A stretch of DNA of 64,000 nucleotides from positions 15,189 through 79,188 of the forward strand of contig JAITUU010000001.1 in the NCBI GenBank assembly GCA_031286165.1. Reading direction: 5' to 3'. The translations under genes were made by a program, and so were the position numbers. The number at the start of each line of letters is the position of its first letter. Position 1 is the first letter of the stretch. Of this stretch, positions 1 through 9,378 are shown piece by piece. Source of the DNA: Bacteroidales bacterium (GTDB lineage Bacteria; Bacteroidota; Bacteroidia; Bacteroidales; UBA1715). The notes beneath the pieces were generated by a model. That model made no database searches. It was given only the letters and a program-made list of their open reading frames with translations, and was not told where the DNA came from.

Positions 1-531
1 AAAATAGAGTTTTTCGATGAACAGGGCAATGGCTCAAAAAAGGCATTTTTGAAGGCTCCGCTCAAATTTTCGCGCATTTCTTCAGGATTTACATCGGCTC
101 GTAAGCATCCGGTGTTGCGCATTGTGCGTCCGCACTACGGCGTAGATTACGCTGCGCCGGCGGGCACTCCGGTAATGGCAATAGGGCATGGCGTAGTGGT
201 GAGTAAAGGATATTCGGGCGGTGCCGGAAATATGGTAAAAATCAAGCATTCCAATAATTATGTGAGTTCCTATATGCACCTTTCAAAATTTGGTAGCGGC
301 ATACAGCCCGGTTCGCGTGTTTCACAAGGGCAAGTGATTGGTTATGTGGGAAGTAGCGGACTTTCCACCGGTCCGCATTTGGATTTCCGCATTTATCAAA
401 ACGGGCAACCTATCAATCCGCTCAAAGTGGTATCGCCACCGAGTGAACCTGTTGCAAAAAGTAAAATGCCGCAATTTGTAGCCCTGCGCGATAGTTTGGT
501 GCACGTGTTGGCGGCTATTCCGAATAAATAA
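1..531 (+). CDS. M23/LytM-family metallopeptidase, C-terminal part (5' end upstream of window)
   Basis: Frame 1 is open from base 1. The translation carries the M23 signatures HYGVDYAAPAGTPV and GSSGLSTGPHLDFRIY. Confidence 0.85.
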   Translation, partial: KIEFFDEQGNGSKKAFLKAPLKFSRISSGFTSARKHPVLRIVRPHYGVDYAAPAGTPVMAIGHGVVVSKGYSGGAGNMVKIKHSNNYVSSYMHLSKFGSGIQPGSRVSQGQVIGYVGSSGLSTGPHLDFRIYQNGQPINPLKVVSPPSEPVAKSKMPQFVALRDSLVHVLAAIPNK

Positions 532-539
532 CAACAATT

Positions 540-1265
540 ATGCGCTACTGCATTCATTTGGCATATAACGGAAGGCGATTTTTCGGCTGGCAAATTCAGC
601 CGCATCAAGTGTCGGTGCAGGAATGTATTACGCAAGCGTTGGAAAAAATTGTGCCGCTTGCAGGGGCAATAGTGGGAGTGGGGCGCACCGATACGGGAGT
701 GCACGCACATTCGTTTTTTGCACATTTCGACACTGAAAAAGAGATTGATACGCTGCAAATTACGCAAAAATTGAATAGAATGTTGCCCTTCGATATTGTG
801 GTATTTTCGCTAACAGAAGTTGCTCCCGATTTTCATGCGCGATTTTCGGCAAAAATGCGGAAATACCGCTACACCATTACGCAAACGAAAAATCCGTTTT
901 TGCAGGAAACAGCCTATTTTTTCCCTTTCGCGCTCAATGTGAAGCACATGAACGAAGCCTGTACCTTACTTATTGGCACTCACGATTTTACGAGTTTTAG
1001 CAAATTGCATACCGATGTGAGCAATAATATATGTACGGTGTTTACTGCCGAATGGCTCTACAATGGCGATGTATTGGAATTTTATATTTCGGCAAATAGA
1101 TTTTTGCGCAACATGGTGCGTGCCATTACCGGCACCTTGCTCGATGTAGGGCAGGGAAAAATTTCCGTAGCGCAATTTCAGCACATTATAGATGCAAAAA
1201 ACCGCCAGTGCGCAGGGCAGTCTATTCCCGCTTGCGGATTGAGTTTGATAGAAATAGAATATTAG
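540..1265 (+). CDS. truA: tRNA pseudouridine(38-40) synthase
   Basis: 241-aa ORF. IHLAYNGRRFFGWQIQP, GVGRTDTGVHA (catalytic Asp loop) and FLRNMVRAITGTL are typical of TruA. Confidence 0.9.
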   Translation: MRYCIHLAYNGRRFFGWQIQPHQVSVQECITQALEKIVPLAGAIVGVGRTDTGVHAHSFFAHFDTEKEIDTLQITQKLNRMLPFDIVVFSLTEVAPDFHARFSAKMRKYRYTITQTKNPFLQETAYFFPFALNVKHMNEACTLLIGTHDFTSFSKLHTDVSNNICTVFTAEWLYNGDVLEFYISANRFLRNMVRAITGTLLDVGQGKISVAQFQHIIDAKNRQCAGQSIPACGLSLIEIEY

Positions 1266-1282
1266 ATTGTAAGACACAAAAT

Positions 1283-2074
1283 ATGCGATTGTTACAAAAT
1301 CTTTTCGGACGCGAGCCGTCAAGCCTTGCGGTGTATAAAAAACTTGGCTATCGAAACGACCAAGAGGGTATTTTGCGCCGTTTTTTGCGCGAAGAGGAGG
1401 GGTGGCGTGCGCATTTGGAACATTCCAAACAGTCGATTCGCGAGTTTTATGCCGGAAAAAACTACAAAAGTATTGCAATTTTGGGTAGCGGCTGGCTTTT
1501 AGATGTACCCATAGACGACCTTTTGCGCGATTTTGAACATATTTATTTGGTGGATATTTCGCATCCGCGCCAAATTACGCACAAATATCGCCATGCGCAC
1601 AATCTTCATTTTGTGGAGTGCGACCTCACCGGCGGTTGGGCGCGGCACATATATCGCTGTGTGTATGAAAAAAAATTCTACACAAGTGCCGATGTTTTTG
1701 ATTGTACGCCGCAAAAACTTTCGTTGCCGCAGTTCGATTGCGTGGTGTCGCTCAATTTACTCAATCAGTTAGATGGTTTGCTTTTAGACGCTATGGAAGA
1801 TTGTATGGTATTGACTGATAGTGAAATAGAGCGATTTAAAACTCTTGTACAAACGCAGCATATTCAATTCCTTTCCAATTACAAATATTGCCTCATAAGC
1901 GATTGTGAGCAAATTTCTATCTCGAAAATTGACAATTCACGCGAAGAAAAATCATTGGTATTTACCCCGGCAACACTGCCGCCGTTGCGCCACGAATGGC
2001 TGTGGAATTTCGATTCACAAGGACATTACCAAAGCGATACCATAGTGCAATTCCGCGTGAAAGCATTTTTTTGA
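1283..2074 (+). CDS. hypothetical protein, Rossmann/SAM-methyltransferase-like
   Basis: The ORF-track start at 1208 overlaps truA; the first ATG (1283) follows the truA stop. ILGSGW, YLVDIS, ECDLTG and VVSLNLLNQL resemble a class I methyltransferase fold. No family recognised. Confidence 0.55.
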   Translation: MRLLQNLFGREPSSLAVYKKLGYRNDQEGILRRFLREEEGWRAHLEHSKQSIREFYAGKNYKSIAILGSGWLLDVPIDDLLRDFEHIYLVDISHPRQITHKYRHAHNLHFVECDLTGGWARHIYRCVYEKKFYTSADVFDCTPQKLSLPQFDCVVSLNLLNQLDGLLLDAMEDCMVLTDSEIERFKTLVQTQHIQFLSNYKYCLISDCEQISISKIDNSREEKSLVFTPATLPPLRHEWLWNFDSQGHYQSDTIVQFRVKAFF

Positions 2075-2237
2075 AGCAAAAACGAGCGAATTTTTTTGCA
2101 AAAAATGACCGCAAACATATTTGTAACTGAGATACCTGCGAATAAGCGAAAAACCTATATTCAACCGATTGTTGGTATAAACCTTTTATTATTTTTGAGG
2201 CAAGAAAACGATTTTTAATCTAAAAACAAGTATAATT

Positions 2238-2861
2238 ATGAAAGTGTTACACACCATTCAGAACGCAAGCCTTCGTTTTGCACCGGTAATTTTTGCCCTT
2301 ACCATAATAGCCTGCGGTAAAGATAATTTGAAAGTAGATGACGTGAAATTGAATCAAACCCAATCAACCGTAATGGCAGATGCCGGATTTCAGTTAGTTC
2401 CACTCATTTCGCCCGACAATGCCAAAGATAAAGCCGTAACATGGAAATCGAGCGATACTACAATTGCAAAAGTTTCATCGAGCGGCTATGTTTCGGGAAT
2501 TTCGGTAGGAAATGCCATTATAGTAGTTACTACTCACGATGGCGGCAAGCAGGCAACGTGCGATGTTACCGTAACTCCCTGTGTGGGTTTTACTCGCGCA
2601 CAAGTGCAAGCCGCCTACGAAGCACAAGGTTACACCACCACTATTACCCAAGATATAGCAAGTGCCGGAATGCCTGCTTATTTGTTTGAAAACGGTGATG
2701 ATGTGGTGCAATTTATTTTCTTTACCAACGAAACCATTGCCGCTACACTGAAACCGCAATTCGATAATCTTGCACAAACGAACGGATTTACCTGCAAGCA
2801 AGACGGAAGAATACTCTACTACGGCACCGCCACCGCCGAAGCAATTTACGAAGGAATGTAA
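2238..2861 (+). CDS. lipoprotein with bacterial Ig-like (Big_2) domain
   Basis: Lipobox-like signal (LTIIAC/GKD), then AVTWKSSDTTIAKVSSSGYVSGISVGNAIIVVTTHDGGKQATCDVTV, a Big_2-type repeat. Confidence 0.7.
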   Translation: MKVLHTIQNASLRFAPVIFALTIIACGKDNLKVDDVKLNQTQSTVMADAGFQLVPLISPDNAKDKAVTWKSSDTTIAKVSSSGYVSGISVGNAIIVVTTHDGGKQATCDVTVTPCVGFTRAQVQAAYEAQGYTTTITQDIASAGMPAYLFENGDDVVQFIFFTNETIAATLKPQFDNLAQTNGFTCKQDGRILYYGTATAEAIYEGM

Positions 2862-3003
2862 TTTTAGAAACTTTCATTCGCATTTTTTTCTTGCTCTCAC
2901 TGTAAAAAAACAGTGGAGTTGGGGATACTTTTTCTAAATTTTAGCAGTATTTACGCTACCACAATAAAAAAAATAGTATATTCGTGGCAAATTTTTATAG
3001 GAA

Positions 3004-3510
3004 ATGAAAGCACAAGTAAGTATCATTATGGGGAGCACCTCCGATTTGCCGGTAATGGAAAAAGCGGCAAAAGTGCTCAATGATTTTAAAATACCATTTG
3101 AAATTCACGCACTTTCGGCGCATCGCACACCCGAAGCGGTGGAGCAATTTGCTAAAAATGCCGAAGCACGAGGTATAGGAGTAATTATAGCAGCAGCAGG
3201 CATGGCGGCGCATTTGCCCGGTGTAATTGCTTCTATGACAGCACTTCCCGTAATTGGTGTGCCCATTAAAGCCAGCCTCGATGGATTGGACGCTTTGCTC
3301 GCCATTGTGCAAATGCCTCCGGGTATTCCGGTTGCCACGGTGGGAATTAATGCCGCCGAAAATGCGGGAATACTTGCTGCACAGTGCTTGGCTGCCGGCG
3401 ACCAACGCATAGCCGATGAACTAAAACGCTACAAAGAAGCCTTGAAAGAAAAAATTGAGAAGGCAAATGCCGAATTGAAAACCGTTACTTTTGAATATAA
3501 AACTAATTAA
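3004..3510 (+). CDS. purE: N5-carboxyaminoimidazole ribonucleotide mutase
   Basis: VSIIMGSTSDLPVM, ALSAHRTPE and AAAGMAAHLPGVIASMTALPVIGVP are canonical PurE motifs. Confidence 0.92.
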   Translation: MKAQVSIIMGSTSDLPVMEKAAKVLNDFKIPFEIHALSAHRTPEAVEQFAKNAEARGIGVIIAAAGMAAHLPGVIASMTALPVIGVPIKASLDGLDALLAIVQMPPGIPVATVGINAAENAGILAAQCLAAGDQRIADELKRYKEALKEKIEKANAELKTVTFEYKTN

Positions 3511-3525
3511 AATACAAAAATCTCT

Positions 3526-4242
3526 ATGTCCGTTTTAGAAAAAACACATTCTACCACCACCACATTATTTATTACTCTGTGTACATTCGCTTGCATATCG
3601 TTTTTTGCGTGTCAAAGTTCAGGAAATCAATCGCAAGAAGAAGAACAGCAACAAAGCGATACAAGTGCTACAACTTTGGCGAAGAATGAAAATGCACTAC
3701 CCATAGTGCCTATGGAAGAACCCGAAGAAGATGAAGCGATTGAAACTGATGATTTTACAGAAACAGTAGAATTGCAAGTGGTGGAGCAAATAGTGGTAAC
3801 ACCTACAAAAACAGTAACGAAAGAAGACCTGAAAGTAGATGTGAAAATAGTGGAACAAACCACACAAACCACACAAATACCTGAAGCAAAACAACCTACT
3901 CAACCGACACAAACACAAGCAACAACGCCTGCACGAGCGGGGAATGTTCGCGCAGGCGCAGCACAGCGCAGCACGCCGCAAACACGAGTAACCGCTCCCG
4001 GATTACTGCCAACTCCTATGTGGGTGGTAATTATAGACGTTACCAACACCGAAGCAGAAGCAATTCGCCTGAGCAGTCAATATTGGTCGCTGGGCTATCG
4101 CTCCAATTATTTTTGGGGACCCGACTATGGCGTGAGCGAACAAGTATTTAAAGTATTCTTGGGACCTTTTCCCAACCGCCAATTAGCCGAACTGTTTGTT
4201 CAAGAAAAATATCCGAATGCGCAAGTTTTGTACTTAAATTAA
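3526..4242 (+). CDS. secreted/lipoprotein with low-complexity Q/T/E-rich linker and SPOR-like C-terminal domain
   Basis: N-terminal hydrophobic signal ending in FFAC/QSS, then a T/Q/E/P-rich linker. The C-terminus (WVVIIDVTNTEAEAIRLSSQYWSLGY ... FKVFLGPFPNRQLAELF) resembles SPOR domains. Confidence 0.6.
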   Translation: MSVLEKTHSTTTTLFITLCTFACISFFACQSSGNQSQEEEQQQSDTSATTLAKNENALPIVPMEEPEEDEAIETDDFTETVELQVVEQIVVTPTKTVTKEDLKVDVKIVEQTTQTTQIPEAKQPTQPTQTQATTPARAGNVRAGAAQRSTPQTRVTAPGLLPTPMWVVIIDVTNTEAEAIRLSSQYWSLGYRSNYFWGPDYGVSEQVFKVFLGPFPNRQLAELFVQEKYPNAQVLYLN

Positions 4243-4273
4243 TCGTAATATATCACTTAAAAACACACACCAC

Positions 4274-6124
4274 ATGACACTCATTTACACCATTTTAGCC
4301 ATACTTGCAGCACTTGCGTTTGTTGGCTTTTTTTATTCTTCCATTAAAGGCAGAAAACCTTCGGCGATAGTATCAATTTCGCAAATGAAAACCAAACTGC
4401 AAGCCGAACGCGATTGGATAAACGTAGTAGCGGTATTTATACTGCCTTGCTTGATAGTGTATAATTTTTTCGCATGGATAGCCGCAGGAATTACTGCCGT
4501 AGCCGAATTTTTTGTATATATAGCCACTAAAATCCGTTGGGTAATTGTGTGGCTGTGGAACGAAGTTGTTATTGCGATTTTTTATTCGCTGCTCAAACTC
4601 GCCGCACATTATATAGTTGTAACCGCGTGGAAATTATTTGCCTTTGCCTGCGTTTCGGTGAAAAATGCGTATAACAAACAATTTATAAGAACTGCACTCA
4701 AATATGCCGCAATTGTAACCGGCGTATTGCTGCTTTCGTATTTTACCTACATACTGTTTCCTTACCCCATTGTGTGTGCCGTTGCATTTTTTGTAAATGT
4801 ACTTGTAGCGCAGTTTGTGGTGTTCAAAGCCACTGCCGCATTTCGCGAAGTACAGAGTAATAATGCTGCTGTGAGTTTCAAAACTTTCGTAATGTGGCTC
4901 GTGGGTGCTGCGTGTTTTGCTATTGTAGCCTTTGTGTTACAGCAATTTGCGGCGAACGCCATAGTGCAAAGTATTTCTATCACGCTGGCGCAAATTATCA
5001 CGCCCTTCCTTATTCTATTTGCAGTGGCACTTGTGGGCGCATCAGCATTTTTGCCCGCATTTATTGCCGAACACGGCGAAGATTTTTCTATCGTAGATTT
5101 TACCAAAGCATTTATAGTGCGTGCGCCAAAATACATTGTTTCACTGCCATTCGCAGGATTTGGAATTTTTGTTGCCACTATTCTTCCGGCTATTGCCACC
5201 GGTATTTTGTACTGCGGTATTGTGAGTATTTCGCAATTGGGAGTGCACGAATACAAAGCGCAAACATTTGAAATTTTTGCAAAAAGCAGCGAAAAAGTGC
5301 AACAAGCGCAAGCACTGAAACAACTTGTGTTTCAGCGCGATTCGGTAGCACAAGCATACGAACAAACCATAAACGTGGCACAAGCGAATTTAAAAACTGC
5401 CGAAACTGCAAAAAGTACTATCAAACCAAACGAAATACATACTTTTACAGGAAATGTGTATGTGAGTGATACTCAATTTTTTACCGTTCCACTCATGAAT
5501 GGTGTGAATGCTTACTCATGGCAAATAAGCAATGTGGACAACGACCAAGTGATATTGAGTACGCAAACCAATCGCTTGGGAAATACGCAATCTACCGGAT
5601 TTTCCACCATTTGGAAACAAAGCGGAACCTTTGTGATAACGCTCTATGCTTCGGACGGTTCGGAGTTACAAAAAGTAGTAACCGTACTTCCGCAGTCCGA
5701 CAGACCGAAAAATGAAAGTCGTCCGCTGTATTTTGCCACCATAGACGAGGCTAATCAAGCAATAGCAAACCTTAGCACCGAAATTGAAATTGCAAAAGCA
5801 CTTGCAAAAAGTGCGAGTGAGAATTTTAACACGCGCATTAGTAGCATGAAAACCACATCGAGCGTGGCTATTTCAGAACTCATTCCATGGATTTTGGCAA
5901 GTATTGGCTACGCGCTTTTGTTTGTGTTAGTATTGGTTATGGCACTTATTTATTATGTTATTTTCTTCTTCGATTTGTATAATTACAATCAAGAGCCGCA
6001 GTATTATTTCCAAACGCTCTATACGGAATTGAAAGAGAAAAATGCCAAACAACCGCTTTTGGGAATTTTTGTGATACTCGCAGTAGTATGTGTGTGTTGC
6101 TTGCATTGCCACTGCTGTAAGTAA
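4274..6124 (+). CDS. multi-pass membrane protein, function unknown
   Basis: 616-aa ORF with many hydrophobic helices and a soluble beta-rich middle segment. A C-terminal TM is followed by the Cys-rich tail CVCCLHCHCCK. No family recognised. Confidence 0.6.
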   Translation: MTLIYTILAILAALAFVGFFYSSIKGRKPSAIVSISQMKTKLQAERDWINVVAVFILPCLIVYNFFAWIAAGITAVAEFFVYIATKIRWVIVWLWNEVVIAIFYSLLKLAAHYIVVTAWKLFAFACVSVKNAYNKQFIRTALKYAAIVTGVLLLSYFTYILFPYPIVCAVAFFVNVLVAQFVVFKATAAFREVQSNNAAVSFKTFVMWLVGAACFAIVAFVLQQFAANAIVQSISITLAQIITPFLILFAVALVGASAFLPAFIAEHGEDFSIVDFTKAFIVRAPKYIVSLPFAGFGIFVATILPAIATGILYCGIVSISQLGVHEYKAQTFEIFAKSSEKVQQAQALKQLVFQRDSVAQAYEQTINVAQANLKTAETAKSTIKPNEIHTFTGNVYVSDTQFFTVPLMNGVNAYSWQISNVDNDQVILSTQTNRLGNTQSTGFSTIWKQSGTFVITLYASDGSELQKVVTVLPQSDRPKNESRPLYFATIDEANQAIANLSTEIEIAKALAKSASENFNTRISSMKTTSSVAISELIPWILASIGYALLFVLVLVMALIYYVIFFFDLYNYNQEPQYYFQTLYTELKEKNAKQPLLGIFVILAVVCVCCLHCHCCK

Positions 6125-6130
6125 TGTATA

Positions 6131-6161
6131 AAAAAGGCTGCCCAACGGACAGCCTTTTTTT
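6131..6161. terminator. bidirectional intrinsic terminator between convergent genes
   Basis: AAAAA-GGCTGCCC-AAC-GGACAGCC-TTTTTTT. An imperfect GC stem is flanked by an A-run and a T-run, between the membrane-protein stop and the prfB stop. Confidence 0.65.
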
Positions 6162-7267
6162 ATGCTTGTTCTTCACTTTGCTTTCGCACAAAAAGCATGA
6201 GCCATTCTTTGATAAATTCGTTGAGGTCGCCATCGAGCACCGCTTGCGTGTTCGAGGTTTCGTAGCCGGTGCGCACGTCTTTTACCAATTTATAGGGGTG
6301 GAGCACATAGTTGCGAATTTGTGAACCCCATTCTATTTTCATTTTTTCGCCATTGCGAGCCGCCTGTTCTTCTTCGCGTTTGCGCAATTCCAACTCATAT
6401 AATTGCGATTTCAAAAGATACATTGCTTTTTCGCGGTTTTGCAGTTGCGAACGTGTTTCGGAATTTTCTATCACAATTCCACTCGGTTTGTGGCGCAAGC
6501 GCACAGCAGTTTCCACCTTATTCACATTTTGCCCGCCGGCACCGCTCGAACGGTAGGTGTCCCACTCCAAATCCGCAGGATTGATAATAATTTCAATGCT
6601 ATCGTCTATCATGGGGGCTACATCCACGCTGGCAAACGATGTGTGGCGGCGTGCGCCCGAATCGAAGGGCGAAATACGCACCAAACGATGCACGCCGCTT
6701 TCGCCTTTTAAGTACCCATAGGCATAATCGCCCACAAATTCAATGGTGGCAGCCGAAATTCCGGCAACATCGCCGTCTTGAATGTCGATTTCTTTTACCT
6801 GATAGCCATTTGCTTCTCCCCAGCGAATGTACATTCGCAGCAGCATAGATGCCCAATCCTGACTTTCGGTTCCACCGGCTCCGCAGTTGATTTTCACTAT
6901 CGCGCCAAATTGGTCTTCCTCTTTTTGAAGCATATTTTTAAACTCCAAATTCTCAATTTTTTGCAAGGCAAGATTGTAGTGTTCGTCCAATTCTTCCATA
7001 GTAGCCTCGTTTTCTTTGTAAAAATCGGCTATCAGTTCGGTGTCGTCCACCAATTGCGCTACTTCGGCATAGGCATCTGTCCATTTTTTTACGGACGTAA
7101 TTTTTTTTAGTTGTTTTTCGGCTTCTTTGGGATTGTCCCAAAACGTAGGGTCTTGCGTTTTTTGTTCTTCTTCTTCCACGCGCAGCAATTTAGCATCTAC
7201 GTCAAAGATGCCTCCTCAACGCATTTTTTCGCTCCACCAAAGCATTCACTTGGTCTATAGTAGTCAT
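6160..7267 (-). CDS. prfB: peptide chain release factor 2 (requires programmed +1 frameshift at 7204)
   Basis: The 342-aa track ORF has the RF2 motifs SPF ([18 protein letters not shown]) and GGQ ([10 protein letters not shown]). An upstream 21-codon ORF (ATG 7267, [21 protein letters not shown]) ends at the in-frame TGA, and the +1 frame joins exactly. Confidence 0.93.
7201..7216 (-). promoter_or_regulatory. prfB: RF2 autoregulatory +1 frameshift site
   Basis: The minus strand reads AGGAGG CAT CTT TGA C. This is an SD-like element 3 nt upstream of the canonical CUU UGA C slippery stop. Confidence 0.9.
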
Positions 7268-7280
7268 ACGTATTTAAAAT

Positions 7281-7308
7281 TTAGTAGTTAGTAATTAGTA
7301 CAGAGTAC
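7281..7308. repeat. tandem heptamer array (TTAGTAN)x3-4
   Basis: ttagtag ttagtaa ttagtac agagtac read directly. It lies in the prfB upstream region. Confidence 0.8.
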
Positions 7309-7315
7309 AAAAATA
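7308..7315 (-). promoter_or_regulatory. putative Bacteroidota -7 promoter box for prfB
   Basis: The minus strand reads TATTTTTG (TAnnTTTG consensus), about 41 nt upstream of the prfB ATG. Confidence 0.4.
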
Positions 7316-7323
7316 CAACTTAA

Positions 7324-7351
7324 TTGAAAGTTGAAAGTTGAAAGTTGAAAA
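7324..7351. repeat. tandem heptamer array (TTGAAAG)x3 + TTGAAAA
   Basis: ttgaaag ttgaaag ttgaaag ttgaaaa read directly. The same unit recurs at 40895-40915. Confidence 0.9.
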
Positions 7352-7388
7352 TTATTTTAAAGAAATTCTTAGTTCTCAATTTTCAGTT

Positions 7389-8237
7389 TCACAGCGTAGA
7401 TTCCTGAAAATAGCGTTGCAGTCCGTCTATGGGTTTTTGAATAATGCCATGAATAGAAACGCCAATAGAAAGCAGTGCCGGAGCCAAAAATTCCTCGAAA
7501 TGATAGGCAATGGAACCCACAAAGCGTATGGAACGGCATCCGGTGTGTTGTACCATGCGCTGCACGTGCCGCTGCGCAAATTCTTGAAAGGCGCGATTGA
7601 GCAAATGTTGCACGGCTTTTTCGTGTTTGTGTTTACTGCAAAATCGGGTAAAATCGCCCAAATACAAATTTGGCAGTGGTTCTTTATATATATTGTGCAA
7701 TACATCGGCAAGATTGGTATTGTAGCTTGCCAAAAAATCGTTTACGCAGTGTTTTGGCAAGTGATTTTCAAATACTGCTTTTATCAGCATTTTTCCAATA
7801 TACGCGCCACTGCCTTCATCGCCCAGAATATAGCCCAGCGAAGGGAGTGTGTAGGAAAGTTCGGTGCCGTTCCAAAACCCAATGCTCATACCGGTTCCCA
7901 AAATGCAAACAATGCCTTGTTCTGCGCCAAAACTTGCCCGCGCCGCACCGCAAAGGTCGCTTTCTACGTGCACGGAGGCGTGAGTAAAAAATTGTTGCAA
8001 ACCTTTTTGTACCACATACTGCGATTCCACACTTTTGCAGCCGGCACCAAAAAAGTAGCACTGCGCAATATCGAATTGCGATATGTGTTTAGGAAATTGC
8101 TCGCGCATAATATTTGTAATTGTTTCGCTATCAACAAAATATGGATTCAATCCGAGTGTTTGAAACGAATGTGCCGTGTGAGTATCTATCACGCGCCAAT
8201 CTGTTTTTGTGGAACCGCTGTCGGCTATTACTATCAT
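7389..8237 (-). CDS. BadF/BadG/BcrA/BcrD-type ATPase (N-acetylglucosamine kinase-like)
   Basis: The N-terminal MIVIADSGSTKTDW phosphate-1 loop, YFFGAGC and ILGTG are typical of the ASKHA BadF/GlcNAc-kinase family. Confidence 0.8.
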   Translation of the reverse strand: MIVIADSGSTKTDWRVIDTHTAHSFQTLGLNPYFVDSETITNIMREQFPKHISQFDIAQCYFFGAGCKSVESQYVVQKGLQQFFTHASVHVESDLCGAARASFGAEQGIVCILGTGMSIGFWNGTELSYTLPSLGYILGDEGSGAYIGKMLIKAVFENHLPKHCVNDFLASYNTNLADVLHNIYKEPLPNLYLGDFTRFCSKHKHEKAVQHLLNRAFQEFAQRHVQRMVQHTGCRSIRFVGSIAYHFEEFLAPALLSIGVSIHGIIQKPIDGLQRYFQESTL

Positions 8238-8316
8238 GGTGTTTTGTTTTTACAAAGGTATAAAAAAATGTGAGTATAAAATTTTTGCAAAGTGTTTGCA
8301 TTTTGCATTTATTGCG

Positions 8317-8324
8317 CTATATTT
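8317..8324 (+). promoter_or_regulatory. putative -7 promoter box
   Basis: TATATTTG, 31 nt upstream of the ATG at 8355. Confidence 0.45.
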
Positions 8325-8354
8325 GCAATCTTATTGTACTGAAAAATATTGACT

Positions 8355-9371
8355 ATGCCGGCATCAAAATCAAAAAACTATCGTTTTCGCATTATTGACA
8401 CTTGTTTGCGCAATACTTCGCGTGAGTGGACTTTGGAGGATTTGATTGAGGCGGTGTCGCAGCAGTTGGCAAGTGAATTTAATGTGGAAAAAGTGAGCAA
8501 ACGCTCCATTCAGTACGATATTGCACTCATGCGCGAGCAACCTCCAGTAGGGTACAATGCGCCCATAGTGTGCATTGACGGCAAATACAAGTATTCCGAT
8601 GAGAATTTTTCGTTGCAGCACTGCCAACTGAGCCAGCCCGATGTGGAAAATTTGACCGAAGTGGTGAATACGCTCAAACAATTCAAGGACTACACCCATT
8701 TGGGCGATATTTTGAAAATTATTGAGAAAATCGAAACTATTATAGCCCTCAATCCGCTGCCCGACAATCCTTTTGTGCAGTTTGAAACATCGGAAACCTT
8801 GCAGAAAGGCATTGCGTGGCTGCGCCAAATTTTCGATGCTACGGTGCAAAAGCGCGTGGTGGAACTCACGCTGAAACAGTATGACGAAAGCATTACGCAA
8901 CAGGTAGTGCATCCGTATTTTTTGCGCGAATTTTGCGGCGAGTGGTATTTGTATGCTCTTAGCGAACGCTCACATACGTTGGTGGCAGTGCCGGTGCAAC
9001 AAATTGTGGCACTTTCGCCGCAAATTGTTACCTTTATAGAAAATACGACCTACACACCGGCGTATTTTCGTGCACTATTCGGTATAGAACCGAGCGAAAG
9101 CACCAAAATTGTGGAAGTGAAATTGAAAATAGATGCTCACCTTGCCGCGCGCTGTGCCGAAGAACCCGTGCATGAATCGCAAACGCTTAGTCCGGTGAAC
9201 GAAAATGGTGCAGTGCTCACGCTCAATATTATTCCCACCGAAGATTTTATGCAATTTGTACTCCAATACGGTGTCCGCATAAAAGTAGAATCGCCCGAAA
9301 AACTGCGCAAAACCATTATTCAAGAATTGAAAACCGCCTACGATGCGTATTTTCAGTTGAGTTTGTTTTAG
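8355..9371 (+). CDS. HTH + WYL domain transcriptional regulator
   Basis: N-terminal wHTH-like region (YRFRIIDTCL ... KRSIQYDIALM). Central WYL-like segment (QQVVHPYFLREFCGEWYLYAL). First ATG used; the track start at 8349 is TTG. Confidence 0.7.
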   Translation: MPASKSKNYRFRIIDTCLRNTSREWTLEDLIEAVSQQLASEFNVEKVSKRSIQYDIALMREQPPVGYNAPIVCIDGKYKYSDENFSLQHCQLSQPDVENLTEVVNTLKQFKDYTHLGDILKIIEKIETIIALNPLPDNPFVQFETSETLQKGIAWLRQIFDATVQKRVVELTLKQYDESITQQVVHPYFLREFCGEWYLYALSERSHTLVAVPVQQIVALSPQIVTFIENTTYTPAYFRALFGIEPSESTKIVEVKLKIDAHLAARCAEEPVHESQTLSPVNENGAVLTLNIIPTEDFMQFVLQYGVRIKVESPEKLRKTIIQELKTAYDAYFQLSLF

Positions 9372-9378
9372 TCCTTTC

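Noticed and set aside
7338-8273. 311-aa plus-strand ORF
   Set aside because: It lies entirely antisense to the BadF/GlcNAc-kinase-like gene, whose translation has clear family motifs. The plus-strand product has none and is a shadow ORF.
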